IMG/VR virus record: IMGVR_UViG_3300037631_001372
Location: 1-25,525 of that record
Length of the DNA: 25,525 nucleotides
Reading direction: 5' to 3' (one strand)
DNA from: a virus
Taxonomy: Duplodnaviria > Caudoviricetes
Position 1 is the stretch's first letter. Every line of letters starts with the position of its first letter. Of the stretch, positions 15,938 to 25,525 are shown piece by piece. The notes beneath the pieces were generated by a model. That model ran no database searches. It saw only the letters and a program-made list of their open reading frames with translations, and was not told the origin of the DNA. A program made the position numbers and the translations under genes.

Positions 15938-16241
15938 TATTATAATCCTTTTCGGTTTTATATCTTTGCTTGTAGATAATGTTTCGACATTGCTTTTCAG
16001 TTAAGTCGTGCCTTACTGATATATCAATAAAAGTATGACCTACATGACCTTCATTTTCTACGATAAATTTATCATAATCTCTAAACATCATATAGTTTCG
16101 TAAAGACTTAGGAGCAATTATACCATTTTCTATTAAATGATATACTAAATCTTTAACTGTAAAATCTTCTCCCCACCTTAATATAGACTCTTGTCTAACA
16201 ATGTCGAGAAACTCCTCTACAATCTCTTTTCGGTTTGGCAT
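15918..16241 (-). CDS. Putative HTH transcriptional regulator
   Basis: 107 aa. C-terminal TFIDISVRHDLTEKQCRNIIY fits a Mor-like/HTH pattern. Convergent with rusA, overlapping it by 20 nt. Confidence 0.55.
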   Translation of the reverse strand: MPNRKEIVEEFLDIVRQESILRWGEDFTVKDLVYHLIENGIIAPKSLRNYMMFRDYDKFIVENEGHVGHTFIDISVRHDLTEKQCRNIIYKQRYKTEKDYNIKKEEG

Positions 16242-16481
16242 TTATTTCCAATAGTTTTGTGGACATTTAATAAAATCTTCGTCAATTCTATTTTTAGTCT
16301 GTAGCAAACATCCACAATCGCCACATCTTTCTAAAGACTCTATTCCAAGTGGTTTTTGATATACACCACACTTGTTGCTTCTGCAAATAGATAATCTTTT
16401 TTCAAACTTTTTTTGTGTTGCAAACTTAACACCTTTACCAATGATAAGCTGCCAAAATAATTTTCTTAAATCTTTAAACAT
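16242..16481 (-). CDS. Cys-rich small protein (DUF6171-like)
   Basis: RL.IC....C...........C..CGC....K........CP...W pattern. Confidence 0.65.
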   Translation of the reverse strand: MFKDLRKLFWQLIIGKGVKFATQKKFEKRLSICRSNKCGVYQKPLGIESLERCGDCGCLLQTKNRIDEDFIKCPQNYWK

Positions 16482-16485
16482 AAAA

Positions 16486-16493
16486 CAAATATA
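16486..16493 (-). promoter_or_regulatory. Canonical Bacteroidota -7 element TATATTTG
   Basis: Exact TAnnTTTG in the 23-nt gap after the tape measure, 4 nt upstream of ATG 16481. No clear -33 TTG. Confidence 0.5.
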
Positions 16494-16504
16494 AAATATT
16501 ATTA

Positions 16505-19500
16505 TTAAAAAATTGTACTTAAACTTTCTTGTACTTCAACATTAAATTGTGAATTAGTTATTTCTGCTTCACTTACAATTACTTTTTGTGTGTTGATAGC
16601 ATTAGCTAGAGCTTGTGTCATTTCCCTTTGAGTTATCATACCCTGAATATCTCTTGTGGCAGCTATTGTAGATGCTGTCAAACCACCTTGCTCAAACTTT
16701 TTACCACCACCAGCAACATTCATTGCACTTAAAACAGGTTTAAACATAGCTGTAGACCTTCTATTAATTACAGCCTCTCCACCTTCTAGCTCTGCAACAG
16801 TACCTCCTACAGCAAACTTAACACCACCTTGTGCGTGTCTAGCACCATGAACCATGCCACCTGTACCAAACTTCTCTATACCACTAGGAACTATACCGCC
16901 TTGTTCTCCAACGAACTTTTGTGAAGCTATACCAGCAATTTGTGCAGCAACAAAAGCAGACATAATAGGAGCAGCACCAATAGCAGCTAAACCAGTTTCA
17001 CTAGCAACAGCAACAACAGCAGCATAGCCATCCAGTGTTGCCTGAATAATACTGTTTATTTTATCAGCTTGAAACTGCTTTCTTTTTATAGCCATTAGCT
17101 TATCCTCTTTCTGATTTTCTAGCTCAATCTCTCTATTGTCAAAAGCTCTTTTCATAGCCTCTGTGTCTTGACCTCTAGCTTCAGCTAACTCTACATCTCT
17201 TTCAAACTCTAAAGCTCTTTGTGCAGATTCCCTGTCAAACTCTTCTTGTAACTTTTGTTTTTGTAGTTCTGCTCTGTTGTTAAAAAAGTCTAAAGCAAGT
17301 GAAGATAGCTTACCATACATCTCTGCTACTTTAGCTACTCTTTCATCTCTAATTCTTTCCTGTTCTGCTTCTGCTTCTTTAGTTGCATCCATATCAGCTT
17401 TTTCTTGCTGTGCTTTGTTTATTGAACCAGCTTTAAATGCTTCTTCATTTAACTTTATTTCTTTAGCTAATTCATCATCTATTGCTGCAATTCTGTTTGC
17501 TGAATTTTTAAAGAACCCATGAAGAGTTTTTTCTTGTTCTTCAAATACAATAGCACTTTTTTCTCTTTCATTTTCTGCTAGTGCTATCTTATCTTCAACA
17601 TCAAGTTGTCGTATTTTTTTGGTTGTCTCTTTTTTTACCTCTTCTGATAAAGAAGTATTGTTTGCAAACTTTTCTCCTTCTTCATCTAACATTGATTGTA
17701 AGGCATCACCCCTTTCGTCATAATAGCTTTTATCAATATCAATTAATTTTTGATACTCTTCATTACTTAAATTCTTTAGAGAATCAAACTTGTTTCTGTT
17801 TTTCTTGATAAATTCTGCAATAGATTTTTCATCTCCTGTAGCTAAAATCTTTTGTGCATCAGTTACATCTTTTAAGTTTGCAAGTATACCATCTTTTTCT
17901 GTTTTAAGTTTTTTAAGTTGCAACTCCTCTGCTGCCTTTACTTTTGCTATTTCATTTTCATCAAGACTAACTACATTTTCAGCTCTTAACTTTATTAGGT
18001 CTTTAAACCTGTCTTTAGTTTTTCTTAAATTACCAGCATCAAATATTGTTCCTTTAGGGTCGCTAACCTCACCTTTTAATGCAGCGTTAAGTTGTGTTAC
18101 ATACTTTTTAAGCTCTTGTAAATTTATACCCAGCTTTGCAGTTGAAACAGAAGAGTCTTCTGCTCTTGCTATTAAAGCATCACCCATTTTCCCCTCTAAT
18201 TCAGTTATTTCTTCTTTTACTTTTGCTTTTTGCTCTACAGTTCCTTTATCAGAAATAGATAACAATCTTCTGTAATCAACTATTCGGTCTACAGCTAATA
18301 TTTCTGCTTTTTGTTCTTCTATAAGTTCTAGCTGTTTACCCCTCTTTTGTTTTCTAAATTCTTCTAAATCCTCTAAATAGCCTTCTCTTAAACTAAACCT
18401 ATAAGATTTTTCATCTCTTAATGCTAATGCGTTAAAGACTTCACTTTCTTCCTGTTTCTCTTTTAAAAGATTTTTCTCAAACTTTACAGAATCATTAAGT
18501 AGTTTTTCTTGTTGTTCAAATAACTCTTTATTTTTTTGTATTGCTCTATCAATTCTTTCTATTTGTAAATTGTACCTTTTGAATAAAGTATCTGTAGACT
18601 TCAGCTCTTTTTCATCTATCTTCTTTAATAGCTCTAACTTTTCTTTTCTAAGGTCTAAATCTTTTTCAGCAGTTTCTTCAGATAATTCATCTATTTCCTT
18701 TTGTGCAGCAGCTATAGCTAGTCTTTCAGCTCTAGTGCCATTAACTAAGGTCATGATTTTAAAAAGCTGCTCGTTACTTGCAACTTCTAAGTCTATATCA
18801 CCAATAAGGTCTGGATATTCTTGCTTCATTTTTCTTAACAAGTCTAGCCTTTCTTGACTATTCTCGTTAAGTAACTGTGCTTTTTCTATGTCCTCACCAA
18901 AAGACCTGTTTAGTCTTTCTTGGTTTCTAACAACTTCTTGTGTAGCTTCACTAACTTGTGTAAACATGGTGTACAAAGCACCAGCAGCAATAACTAAAGC
19001 ACCTATACCTGTAGAAGCTATAGCAGCTTTTAGAGTGTGCATAGACATAGAAAGAGTTAGTGTGCCATTTCTTGCAGCAGCTAAACTACCTCTAAGTGAT
19101 ATTAAAGCCTGACTCCACTTACCACTTGACTTTGCCATTACAAGCGTTCTAGCTTTAGCAATTAAAAGACCTGCTGAATATAGTGCTATAGAGTTTACTA
19201 GCGTATCTACAACAAACCTTATTGTTTTTAAAGCAGCATCGTTTTTTGATAAGTTTTGTAAAAACTGTGTCAAAGAATCTACTGCGTTTCTTAAACTACC
19301 ACTAAAGACCTCTCCTATAGCCACACCTAATCCTTCACTAGCTGATTTTAATAATGTAAAGTCTCCTTCTAAAGTGTCAAGTCTAATCGCTGCCATTCTT
19401 GAAACAGCACCCTCTGCATTATTTAAAATATCTAATTGCTCTTCTAGTCCGTCAATATTATTAATTAATGTTAGGAAAGCTGGAGCAGACCTTTTGTCTA

Positions 19501-20458
19501 GTAATTCTGTTGCTTCTGTTAAACCAAAAGACTCGTCTTTCATTTCTCTTAAAGCGTTTATCATATCAGGTAAACCTTGTACAGTTCTACCTAAAGATTT
19601 GTTTAGCTTAGAGTTAGAATCTCCTAGTCTTAAAAATATGTTTTTTAGTGCGTTACCTGCCAAAGAACCTGACAAACCATTGTTAGCTAAGATAGCAAGT
19701 TGTGCAGATGTCTCTTCAAATGTAAAACCTGCTGCTCTTGCAATAGGAGCAACAAACTTCATTGATTGTGTAAATCTTTCTAGGTTAAGTGCAGAGCTAG
19801 TAAAAGAAGCACCCATGACATCAACAACATTACCTGTTTGTTCGGCATCTAAACCAAATGCTCTTAAAACAGAACCAGCAGTTTCAGCAGAGCTACCTAA
19901 TGACTCGCCTGTTGCAGCAGCTAAATCTATAGTACCACTTTGTGCTGATATTATTTCTTCAGCAGTAAAACCTAGTCTTGCATAAGCCTCTTGTAATTCA
20001 GCAACTTGACTAGCTGTAAAAACTGTACTAGCACCTAATCGTTCTGCTGATTCTTTTAGCTTTTTAAACTCTTCTTGAGTTGCACCAGAGATTGCTTGTA
20101 CAGCAGCCATTTGTGATTCAAAATCAGAAAATGTTTTTATAACACCTCTAAAACCACCTATTATAGCTCTAAACGCAAAAGCAGAAACAATAGCTATACT
20201 CGCAGACTTAAATATGCCTACCATTCTATTCCCTGTCTTGTTTAACCTTTCACCACCTTCTCTTAAATTATTAATAGCGTTTTTATTCTCGTCTATTTTT
20301 TTAGTGATGCCTCCTATTTTTGCACTTAGTTCAGCATACTTTTCAGTATTAGTTTTTAAACCTTTTAGATTTACTTGTGCTTCTTTTAGCTTTGCATTTA
20401 AAAGGTCAAGGTCGGTAAGTTTTGCCTTAAACTCATAAAAAGTTGTAGTCTTTGCCAT
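16505..20458 (-). CDS. Tail tape measure protein (TP901-like core)
   Basis: 1317 aa. FESQMAAVQAISGAT..EF..L...A..LG.ST.FTASQVA..Q...ARLGF core; long helical charged region; C-terminal GG...G..HAQGGV...ELEGGE.VIN. Confidence 0.93.
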   Translation of the reverse strand: MAKTTTFYEFKAKLTDLDLLNAKLKEAQVNLKGLKTNTEKYAELSAKIGGITKKIDENKNAINNLREGGERLNKTGNRMVGIFKSASIAIVSAFAFRAIIGGFRGVIKTFSDFESQMAAVQAISGATQEEFKKLKESAERLGASTVFTASQVAELQEAYARLGFTAEEIISAQSGTIDLAAATGESLGSSAETAGSVLRAFGLDAEQTGNVVDVMGASFTSSALNLERFTQSMKFVAPIARAAGFTFEETSAQLAILANNGLSGSLAGNALKNIFLRLGDSNSKLNKSLGRTVQGLPDMINALREMKDESFGLTEATELLDKRSAPAFLTLINNIDGLEEQLDILNNAEGAVSRMAAIRLDTLEGDFTLLKSASEGLGVAIGEVFSGSLRNAVDSLTQFLQNLSKNDAALKTIRFVVDTLVNSIALYSAGLLIAKARTLVMAKSSGKWSQALISLRGSLAAARNGTLTLSMSMHTLKAAIASTGIGALVIAAGALYTMFTQVSEATQEVVRNQERLNRSFGEDIEKAQLLNENSQERLDLLRKMKQEYPDLIGDIDLEVASNEQLFKIMTLVNGTRAERLAIAAAQKEIDELSEETAEKDLDLRKEKLELLKKIDEKELKSTDTLFKRYNLQIERIDRAIQKNKELFEQQEKLLNDSVKFEKNLLKEKQEESEVFNALALRDEKSYRFSLREGYLEDLEEFRKQKRGKQLELIEEQKAEILAVDRIVDYRRLLSISDKGTVEQKAKVKEEITELEGKMGDALIARAEDSSVSTAKLGINLQELKKYVTQLNAALKGEVSDPKGTIFDAGNLRKTKDRFKDLIKLRAENVVSLDENEIAKVKAAEELQLKKLKTEKDGILANLKDVTDAQKILATGDEKSIAEFIKKNRNKFDSLKNLSNEEYQKLIDIDKSYYDERGDALQSMLDEEGEKFANNTSLSEEVKKETTKKIRQLDVEDKIALAENEREKSAIVFEEQEKTLHGFFKNSANRIAAIDDELAKEIKLNEEAFKAGSINKAQQEKADMDATKEAEAEQERIRDERVAKVAEMYGKLSSLALDFFNNRAELQKQKLQEEFDRESAQRALEFERDVELAEARGQDTEAMKRAFDNREIELENQKEDKLMAIKRKQFQADKINSIIQATLDGYAAVVAVASETGLAAIGAAPIMSAFVAAQIAGIASQKFVGEQGGIVPSGIEKFGTGGMVHGARHAQGGVKFAVGGTVAELEGGEAVINRRSTAMFKPVLSAMNVAGGGKKFEQGGLTASTIAATRDIQGMITQREMTQALANAINTQKVIVSEAEITNSQFNVEVQESLSTIF

Positions 20459-20461
20459 TAT

Positions 20462-20506
20462 CTATTTATTATAAGTTGTTTTTTTCTTTTTTCTTTTCTT
20501 AGCCAT
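20462..20506 (-). CDS. Putative 14-aa basic minigene MAKKRKKKKTTYNK
   Basis: Fills the gap almost exactly: TAG-C-ATG upstream and TAG-ATA-ATG downstream. In frame with the tape measure gene. Confidence 0.4.
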   Translation of the reverse strand: MAKKRKKKKTTYNK

Positions 20507-20507
20507 G

Positions 20508-23500
20508 CTACTTGTTGTAGTTTATTCTGTTGTTATTTCTGTCTTCATCATCTGCTTCTTTGGGCAGATATAATTTTTCTACGCAATCCCCATCAGTGTA
20601 AACCAAAGTACATATCATACCATTTTCTTCTTCTACTATAATTTCACCACCATACAACTTAACATCACCAACATCTGTAACTGTAATAGCATCTTCTATA
20701 CGTTCTAAATTACTTTTTGGTGCATAAGCAACAGGATTTACAGAAGCTGTGTACTCTTTGCTAGTATCTTCTTCTTCCTGTATATCAATCTTATTAGAAG
20801 TTTTTTTAGTGCTACTTCCAACGTAGTTGTTGTCTTGTTTCCATTCTATAAGCTCTACAGTAGTTAAAACTCTTTGGTTAGGCTTGTAGTCTTTAATTGC
20901 CTGTACTGTCCAGTAAGTAGAAACACCATCTATCTTTAGGTGTATTATGTCTCTGTAATCAAAAAGATTTATATCTACAGCAGATAAAGCCATCTTACAG
21001 GTTCTTACAGCAGCACCACCAGACATCTTGTTAAAAGCGTTTCTCCAATACTTAGAGAACAAGCCAGGACTAACAAAACCACTTCCATCATCATAATCAT
21101 CCCAAGACAAGTTGTAAGGGTCTATAGCAACCCCTTTTGACCAGCCATTAATCCAACCTAAATGAGGATAAACCCCCATGCTTTGTGAATTACCATCTGA
21201 CTTTGCAAACTTCCATTTAGAACATTTTGTTATTCCGTAGTAGTTTAATATTCTTATACTTGCCTTTGGAGCTGGTGTATATGCAGGTCTTAGCTGTTGA
21301 TTTATATGACCTCCTTCATTAGTCCAAATAACTGGCATCAAAGGATTATCTTTATTTATGAAGGGGTCTGTCCAAGTTAAATCACCCCACTGATAAGCAT
21401 TAGCTAAAGTAGGATGACCTGCTGGATATTGACTTGGATTTGGCTGATTGCCATAATTATTAAATCTATATGTTGAATGAAATATTGTTGTTCCTAAGTT
21501 AAGTCTATCTTTTCTAAATCTTTGTTCGTTTTGCAACTCATAAGATTTGTAAATGTTATATCCATTTTCTTCTCTCCAATTATATAAAGATTCGATACCC
21601 TTATCGCCAGTATCTTTTTTATACTTAAATAGTACATTTCTCGCTAATTCTTCAGCAATAAATTTATCAGTCCAAGACGTATGGTCTAACTTATCAGTCC
21701 AATCTAAAACTTTACCACTGCCAAAAAAATCATCATAAGTCTCAACAGTTACTGTTCTGGATTCTCTATCTGCTAACCATTGCAAATTAAACAATTCTGT
21801 AAGACCTTTTAAATAATCTTTTTGTTTAGTACAAGGTAATATCTTATTAAAATTAACATTAAATTCAGGAACATTAGCTGAAGGCAATGGATAAATGTCT
21901 AATAAAATATCAGAAACATCACACCACATTTTTTTTGGCAGTCCAAATGCACCAGTTTGTTGATGACCTCTAATCCTTAGAGAAAGAACATCACCTTGAT
22001 TCATATATACAGTACCAGTATTGCTAAATTGTTCTCCTAAATGAGCATCTCCACCAGAGTTTAACACTGAAACAAGACCATTGTTATAGTTATAGGTGGG
22101 GTCTGCAACAGAACCATTAATCATTATTTCAGCATATAAATTTCCAACAGAATTTCCAGCACTTATATACATATACAAACCCCATCCTACATAAAAGTTA
22201 CCAGCAAAAGGTGCTGTATATCCTGTTTGACTTGAGTTGCCACCCCAATTATTACCTTCGTCAGAACCAGGTACTATAGGAGGATAAAAAACATGAATGT
22301 TTGGAGATTTTACTTTACCACCAGTTTCAAAATTACCACCACAAGGTATTTTAGGAGCAAAGCCAACATGAGTAGCATGACTACCATTTTCTCCATAAAG
22401 ATTGTCATCTCTATAATCATCACCTGAAGTATAAGGATGAACTAATCTTTTAAATGTGTCAGACTCAAAGAAATTACTTTGTAAAGTATAACCAATGTTT
22501 TCAAAAATTTTATTTACAATTCTATATGCAAAAATAGAAGGATGAAAGTCATTAGAATTATGGTCGTAATTTATTACTCCATCATAATCTTCTTCCTGTG
22601 AATTTAAAGATTGTGCATCCCATTCTCCATAGTTTACTAATCCATATATATAGTCTTTTTCTATTAAGGCTTCTGTCTCTCCAAAATATCCTGGAAGGCT
22701 ATACTGACCACCAAATAAGTTTCTTGTAGGGTCGTTTTTAAAATCTACAAAACTTTCTTCACCTATTGATTTATGAGGAGTGTGAAACCAAGAGGTTAGT
22801 ATAGATTGCCAACCTTTCTTTTTAGGCACTTCATCACCAAAAGCAATATCACATATTTTTCTATCATCAATTAATGATGCCCAATCTATTGAGTCTTCTA
22901 AAATATGACAAGAGTAAGCTCCACCTTCACCTGTAATACCTTTCTCTACTCTCATTAAACCCTTAAAGACTACAACACCATCTACAGATATTCTACAAGG
23001 CTTCCAATCTATATTTTCCCTTACAGCACCAACAGCTAACATTGGGTCTAGTATTTGATTGTTGCGATTGTTTGAGGGTATTTCAAATGTTTTACTATAA
23101 CCTGTATTGGACTTAGTTAAATCCTTTAAGTTTCCTATAGTATATGTTAAAGCTAAAGGCAGCTCATTGCTTTTAAAAATATCTAAGTATTCCCATTGTA
23201 TATCATCTATAGTGTAAGAGTTGTCTACATAAACAGGCACTTCTTCACTAGTTATCTTTGTGTCTTTTTTTGTTATCTCTATAAAATCTATAGTGCATCT
23301 TGCAGGTAAATCTTCATCTATAGCAAAAGCCTCTAAAATATTTATTGAACCATTAGCTGGATGAAAGTGTTTGCCATTATCCATCATTATAACACCACCA
23401 TAAGTTGCAGTATGACCAAAAGTATGTGTTCTCTTCAATGCACCTAAACAAAACGAATATACACCTGGAGATGTTATTGTCAAGTTACCAGCCTGTCCTG

Positions 23501-24503
23501 TTTCTATTTGACTGTTGTAAGGTGAGCCTTCAAAAACATTTATGTTAGCGTTTATTATAGAAGATACAGATATTTTAACCTCATACTGGTCTGCACTTTC
23601 AAGTCCAGCACCCATACCAAAAGCCTGACTTGTTATTCCTAACAAACCATCACTATTAAAACAGTCGTTTATCTTAGTACCTAAAGCTGGGTTTCTGTAA
23701 ATAGAGCCTTCGTAAGAGCCTATGTGTGTTTTTGCCTTAATACTACCACCAACCCAATAAAAAGGGTTGTTAGAGCCTCCTGAACTATCCCAAGCACCTG
23801 AATGTTTATAAGCAGATATATAATAAGAATGTCTTTCTGGATTCAACCATAACTGGTTACATTGTGCTGTGTAGTCTGCAATTCTATCCGAACCATTACC
23901 TCTTAAAACTATGTTGTTGTTTGCAAAGTCGTGTACTACGTCAAAACAAGAAACTTCTCTGTCTGTTACATTAGCACCTGTACCACTAGTTTGGTCATTG
24001 TTTACAAAGTATATTGCTCTACCTTGTGGATTATGTGAATTGTTTATAGCGTTTTGTGGTTCATACCTAGCACCCCCTGCTGTTAATACTGGGTTTATAC
24101 TAGGCATATTAATTGGAACTAAACTGTTATCATATAAACTAAAAACAATTAGCTTATCATCATCTTGATTGCTACCTGGCTGAAAAGAGTTATTACCAAA
24201 AGTGTTTAAATATGTTAAGGCACATCCCTGTGTTTGTATGTTACCTACACCATAACACTCTTGCAGTGTTCCTCCTAAATTATCAGCAACAGTTGGTACG
24301 CTACCAGTATAAACAACTCTTTGCCCAGTATTGCCTTGTCCATCATTAAATCCTTCATCTTTACTGTCATTTATATCTACACAGCCTTCATATTTAGTTA
24401 TTGTTTCAGTACCAACCTGTTCTTGAGAAGATATTTCTCTTGAACCTATAGTTGTACCTATTTCTAAAACACAGTTATTTGCTTCGTAACTAATATTTGC
24501 CAT
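20508..24503 (-). CDS. Large tail/baseplate structural protein with N-proximal insertion
   Basis: 1331 aa. Motifs LD......PL.LTY.I....D......YSKTF.IP...NN, Y...NYG, F.P......I...IF...GY...S.FF, Q.D..K....LFNL and DWT.KLD are typical of Bacteroidota phage tail proteins adjacent to the tape measure. Confidence 0.75.
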   Translation of the reverse strand: MANISYEANNCVLEIGTTIGSREISSQEQVGTETITKYEGCVDINDSKDEGFNDGQGNTGQRVVYTGSVPTVADNLGGTLQECYGVGNIQTQGCALTYLNTFGNNSFQPGSNQDDDKLIVFSLYDNSLVPINMPSINPVLTAGGARYEPQNAINNSHNPQGRAIYFVNNDQTSGTGANVTDREVSCFDVVHDFANNNIVLRGNGSDRIADYTAQCNQLWLNPERHSYYISAYKHSGAWDSSGGSNNPFYWVGGSIKAKTHIGSYEGSIYRNPALGTKINDCFNSDGLLGITSQAFGMGAGLESADQYEVKISVSSIINANINVFEGSPYNSQIETGQAGNLTITSPGVYSFCLGALKRTHTFGHTATYGGVIMMDNGKHFHPANGSINILEAFAIDEDLPARCTIDFIEITKKDTKITSEEVPVYVDNSYTIDDIQWEYLDIFKSNELPLALTYTIGNLKDLTKSNTGYSKTFEIPSNNRNNQILDPMLAVGAVRENIDWKPCRISVDGVVVFKGLMRVEKGITGEGGAYSCHILEDSIDWASLIDDRKICDIAFGDEVPKKKGWQSILTSWFHTPHKSIGEESFVDFKNDPTRNLFGGQYSLPGYFGETEALIEKDYIYGLVNYGEWDAQSLNSQEEDYDGVINYDHNSNDFHPSIFAYRIVNKIFENIGYTLQSNFFESDTFKRLVHPYTSGDDYRDDNLYGENGSHATHVGFAPKIPCGGNFETGGKVKSPNIHVFYPPIVPGSDEGNNWGGNSSQTGYTAPFAGNFYVGWGLYMYISAGNSVGNLYAEIMINGSVADPTYNYNNGLVSVLNSGGDAHLGEQFSNTGTVYMNQGDVLSLRIRGHQQTGAFGLPKKMWCDVSDILLDIYPLPSANVPEFNVNFNKILPCTKQKDYLKGLTELFNLQWLADRESRTVTVETYDDFFGSGKVLDWTDKLDHTSWTDKFIAEELARNVLFKYKKDTGDKGIESLYNWREENGYNIYKSYELQNEQRFRKDRLNLGTTIFHSTYRFNNYGNQPNPSQYPAGHPTLANAYQWGDLTWTDPFINKDNPLMPVIWTNEGGHINQQLRPAYTPAPKASIRILNYYGITKCSKWKFAKSDGNSQSMGVYPHLGWINGWSKGVAIDPYNLSWDDYDDGSGFVSPGLFSKYWRNAFNKMSGGAAVRTCKMALSAVDINLFDYRDIIHLKIDGVSTYWTVQAIKDYKPNQRVLTTVELIEWKQDNNYVGSSTKKTSNKIDIQEEEDTSKEYTASVNPVAYAPKSNLERIEDAITVTDVGDVKLYGGEIIVEEENGMICTLVYTDGDCVEKLYLPKEADDEDRNNNRINYNK

Positions 24504-24504
24504 G

Positions 24505-25525
24505 TTATGCTTTTTGCATTGTTATTTTTTCAGAATAAGTGTAGCTAAACTCTACAAAGTACATATTGTTTTCTGTACTATAAATTTCAAAGCTACCTGG
24601 ATTTATCAATATAGGAACTAAGTTTCCATTATTCATTGTAGTATTCGAGCCATGATTTATATAGTGTTCTTTTTCTATCCAAACCATAGTGCTTGTTATA
24701 AGCTCTTCAACGTGCAATCCAATCTCTTTGCTTATTGGTTGAGATGTGATTGTAAATACATCTTCTCTGTCATTGTGTAAAACAGACCTAGTGTGTAAAG
24801 AGTTGCCTTGTATTCCAAATCCAATGTCTGCAAATCTATCGTAAACTACAGAGCTAAAAGTAGTTTCTTTGCTTTCTGTACCATATAAATTTATCCAATC
24901 AAAAGAACCAGATGAGGTTCTAAATACAAACTTATTTCTATTACACTTACCATTATCAGGCACATCACTCCAGTCTAAAAGGTGTGCATCAACAGTATAG
25001 TTATTAGCACCATAGTAACTTCCTGGTAGAGCTAAATATTTTTGTGTACCTAAAAAACTGTTCCTTACAAAGGGAACTATTATAGCACCAGCAGCTACTA
25101 AATTACCACTTGCATCAATAATACTATTACCTGGATTACCACCTAATGATATAATTTGTGAGTTTAGTCTAACAGGATGTGCTGCTATCTTATATAATTG
25201 TGAAATACTAGTAACAAAAGTAGTTGCAATTCCATTTAGATTACCATTAGAGTCCATTATGTAAAAAGAAAGCCAAAACTCATTCCAATAACCTTTGCTT
25301 AGACCAACAGGCTGATAAATGGCATCATTGCGAGAGTCTGACATATTTATGGTATATGTCTTTGATGCTATTAATGATGAGAGAGATGTATTGTAGAAGG
25401 TACCTGTTTCTATGTATTGTGGTGAGTTTTGACTTAGCTTTATGCTCATGTCTTGATAGTTTGCTTCTCTATTGCTACCTAATATTAGTCTATCAATGCT
25501 TGGAAAATCAAAAGGTAGGTTACCA
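24505..25525 (-). CDS. Tail structural protein, 5'-truncated
   Basis: The frame stays open for 25 codons upstream of ATG 25449 to the window edge. C-terminal F....G.FD...., EELITS..VW and LVP..I motifs seen in Bacteroidota phage tail proteins. Confidence 0.65.
   Translation of the reverse strand, partial: GNLPFDFPSIDRLILGSNREANYQDMSIKLSQNSPQYIETGTFYNTSLSSLIASKTYTINMSDSRNDAIYQPVGLSKGYWNEFWLSFYIMDSNGNLNGIATTFVTSISQLYKIAAHPVRLNSQIISLGGNPGNSIIDASGNLVAAGAIIVPFVRNSFLGTQKYLALPGSYYGANNYTVDAHLLDWSDVPDNGKCNRNKFVFRTSSGSFDWINLYGTESKETTFSSVVYDRFADIGFGIQGNSLHTRSVLHNDREDVFTITSQPISKEIGLHVEELITSTMVWIEKEHYINHGSNTTMNNGNLVPILINPGSFEIYSTENNMYFVEFSYTYSEKITMQKA

Noticed and set aside
16656-24168. Plus-strand ORFs opposite the tape measure and tail genes (e.g. 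19374-19985, 17790-18275)
   Set aside because: Antisense shadows of long, well-supported minus-strand genes.
25447-25449. ATG 25449 as the true start of the last gene
   Set aside because: The frame stays open to the window edge, so the gene is probably 5'-truncated.
1-25525. Genome-wide stop-codon reassignment (TAG or TGA)
   Set aside because: Long genes are intact under the standard code, and TAG ends genes at sensible boundaries (2895, 4972, 20508).

Overview
AT-rich, gene-dense segment of a tailed dsDNA phage. It is probably a siphovirus of a Bacteroidota/Flavobacteriia host, inferred from A-rich start contexts without Shine-Dalgarno motifs, TAnnTTTG-like promoters and structural-protein motifs. 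The window has three blocks. (1) 1-8211, minus strand: ClpP-type prohead protease with extra N-terminal domains and a probable nested scaffold, major capsid, probable tail tube, small ORF, portal, head-tail adaptor and three fibre/decoration genes. (2) 8331-15937, plus strand: early/replication genes, including a putative ssDNA-annealing protein, a DnaA-domain-IV-like HTH, an SSB-like protein, an HTH replication initiator with internal iterons, a Twinkle/T7-gp4-like primase-helicase, an N6-adenine methyltransferase, a DUF5664-like dNTP diphosphohydrolase and RusA. (3) 15918-25525, minus strand: tail module (two structural proteins, tape measure) and two small genes. No terminase, integrase, polymerase, lysis gene, tRNA or CRISPR array was seen. 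Most notable: a bipartite promoter motif repeated with identical spacing, iterons, a 14-codon basic minigene in frame with the tape measure, a multi-domain protease, a prfB-like +1 shifty stop, a ~420-aa insertion in a tail protein and apparent GATC avoidance. All family assignments come from motif recognition by eye, not from database searches.
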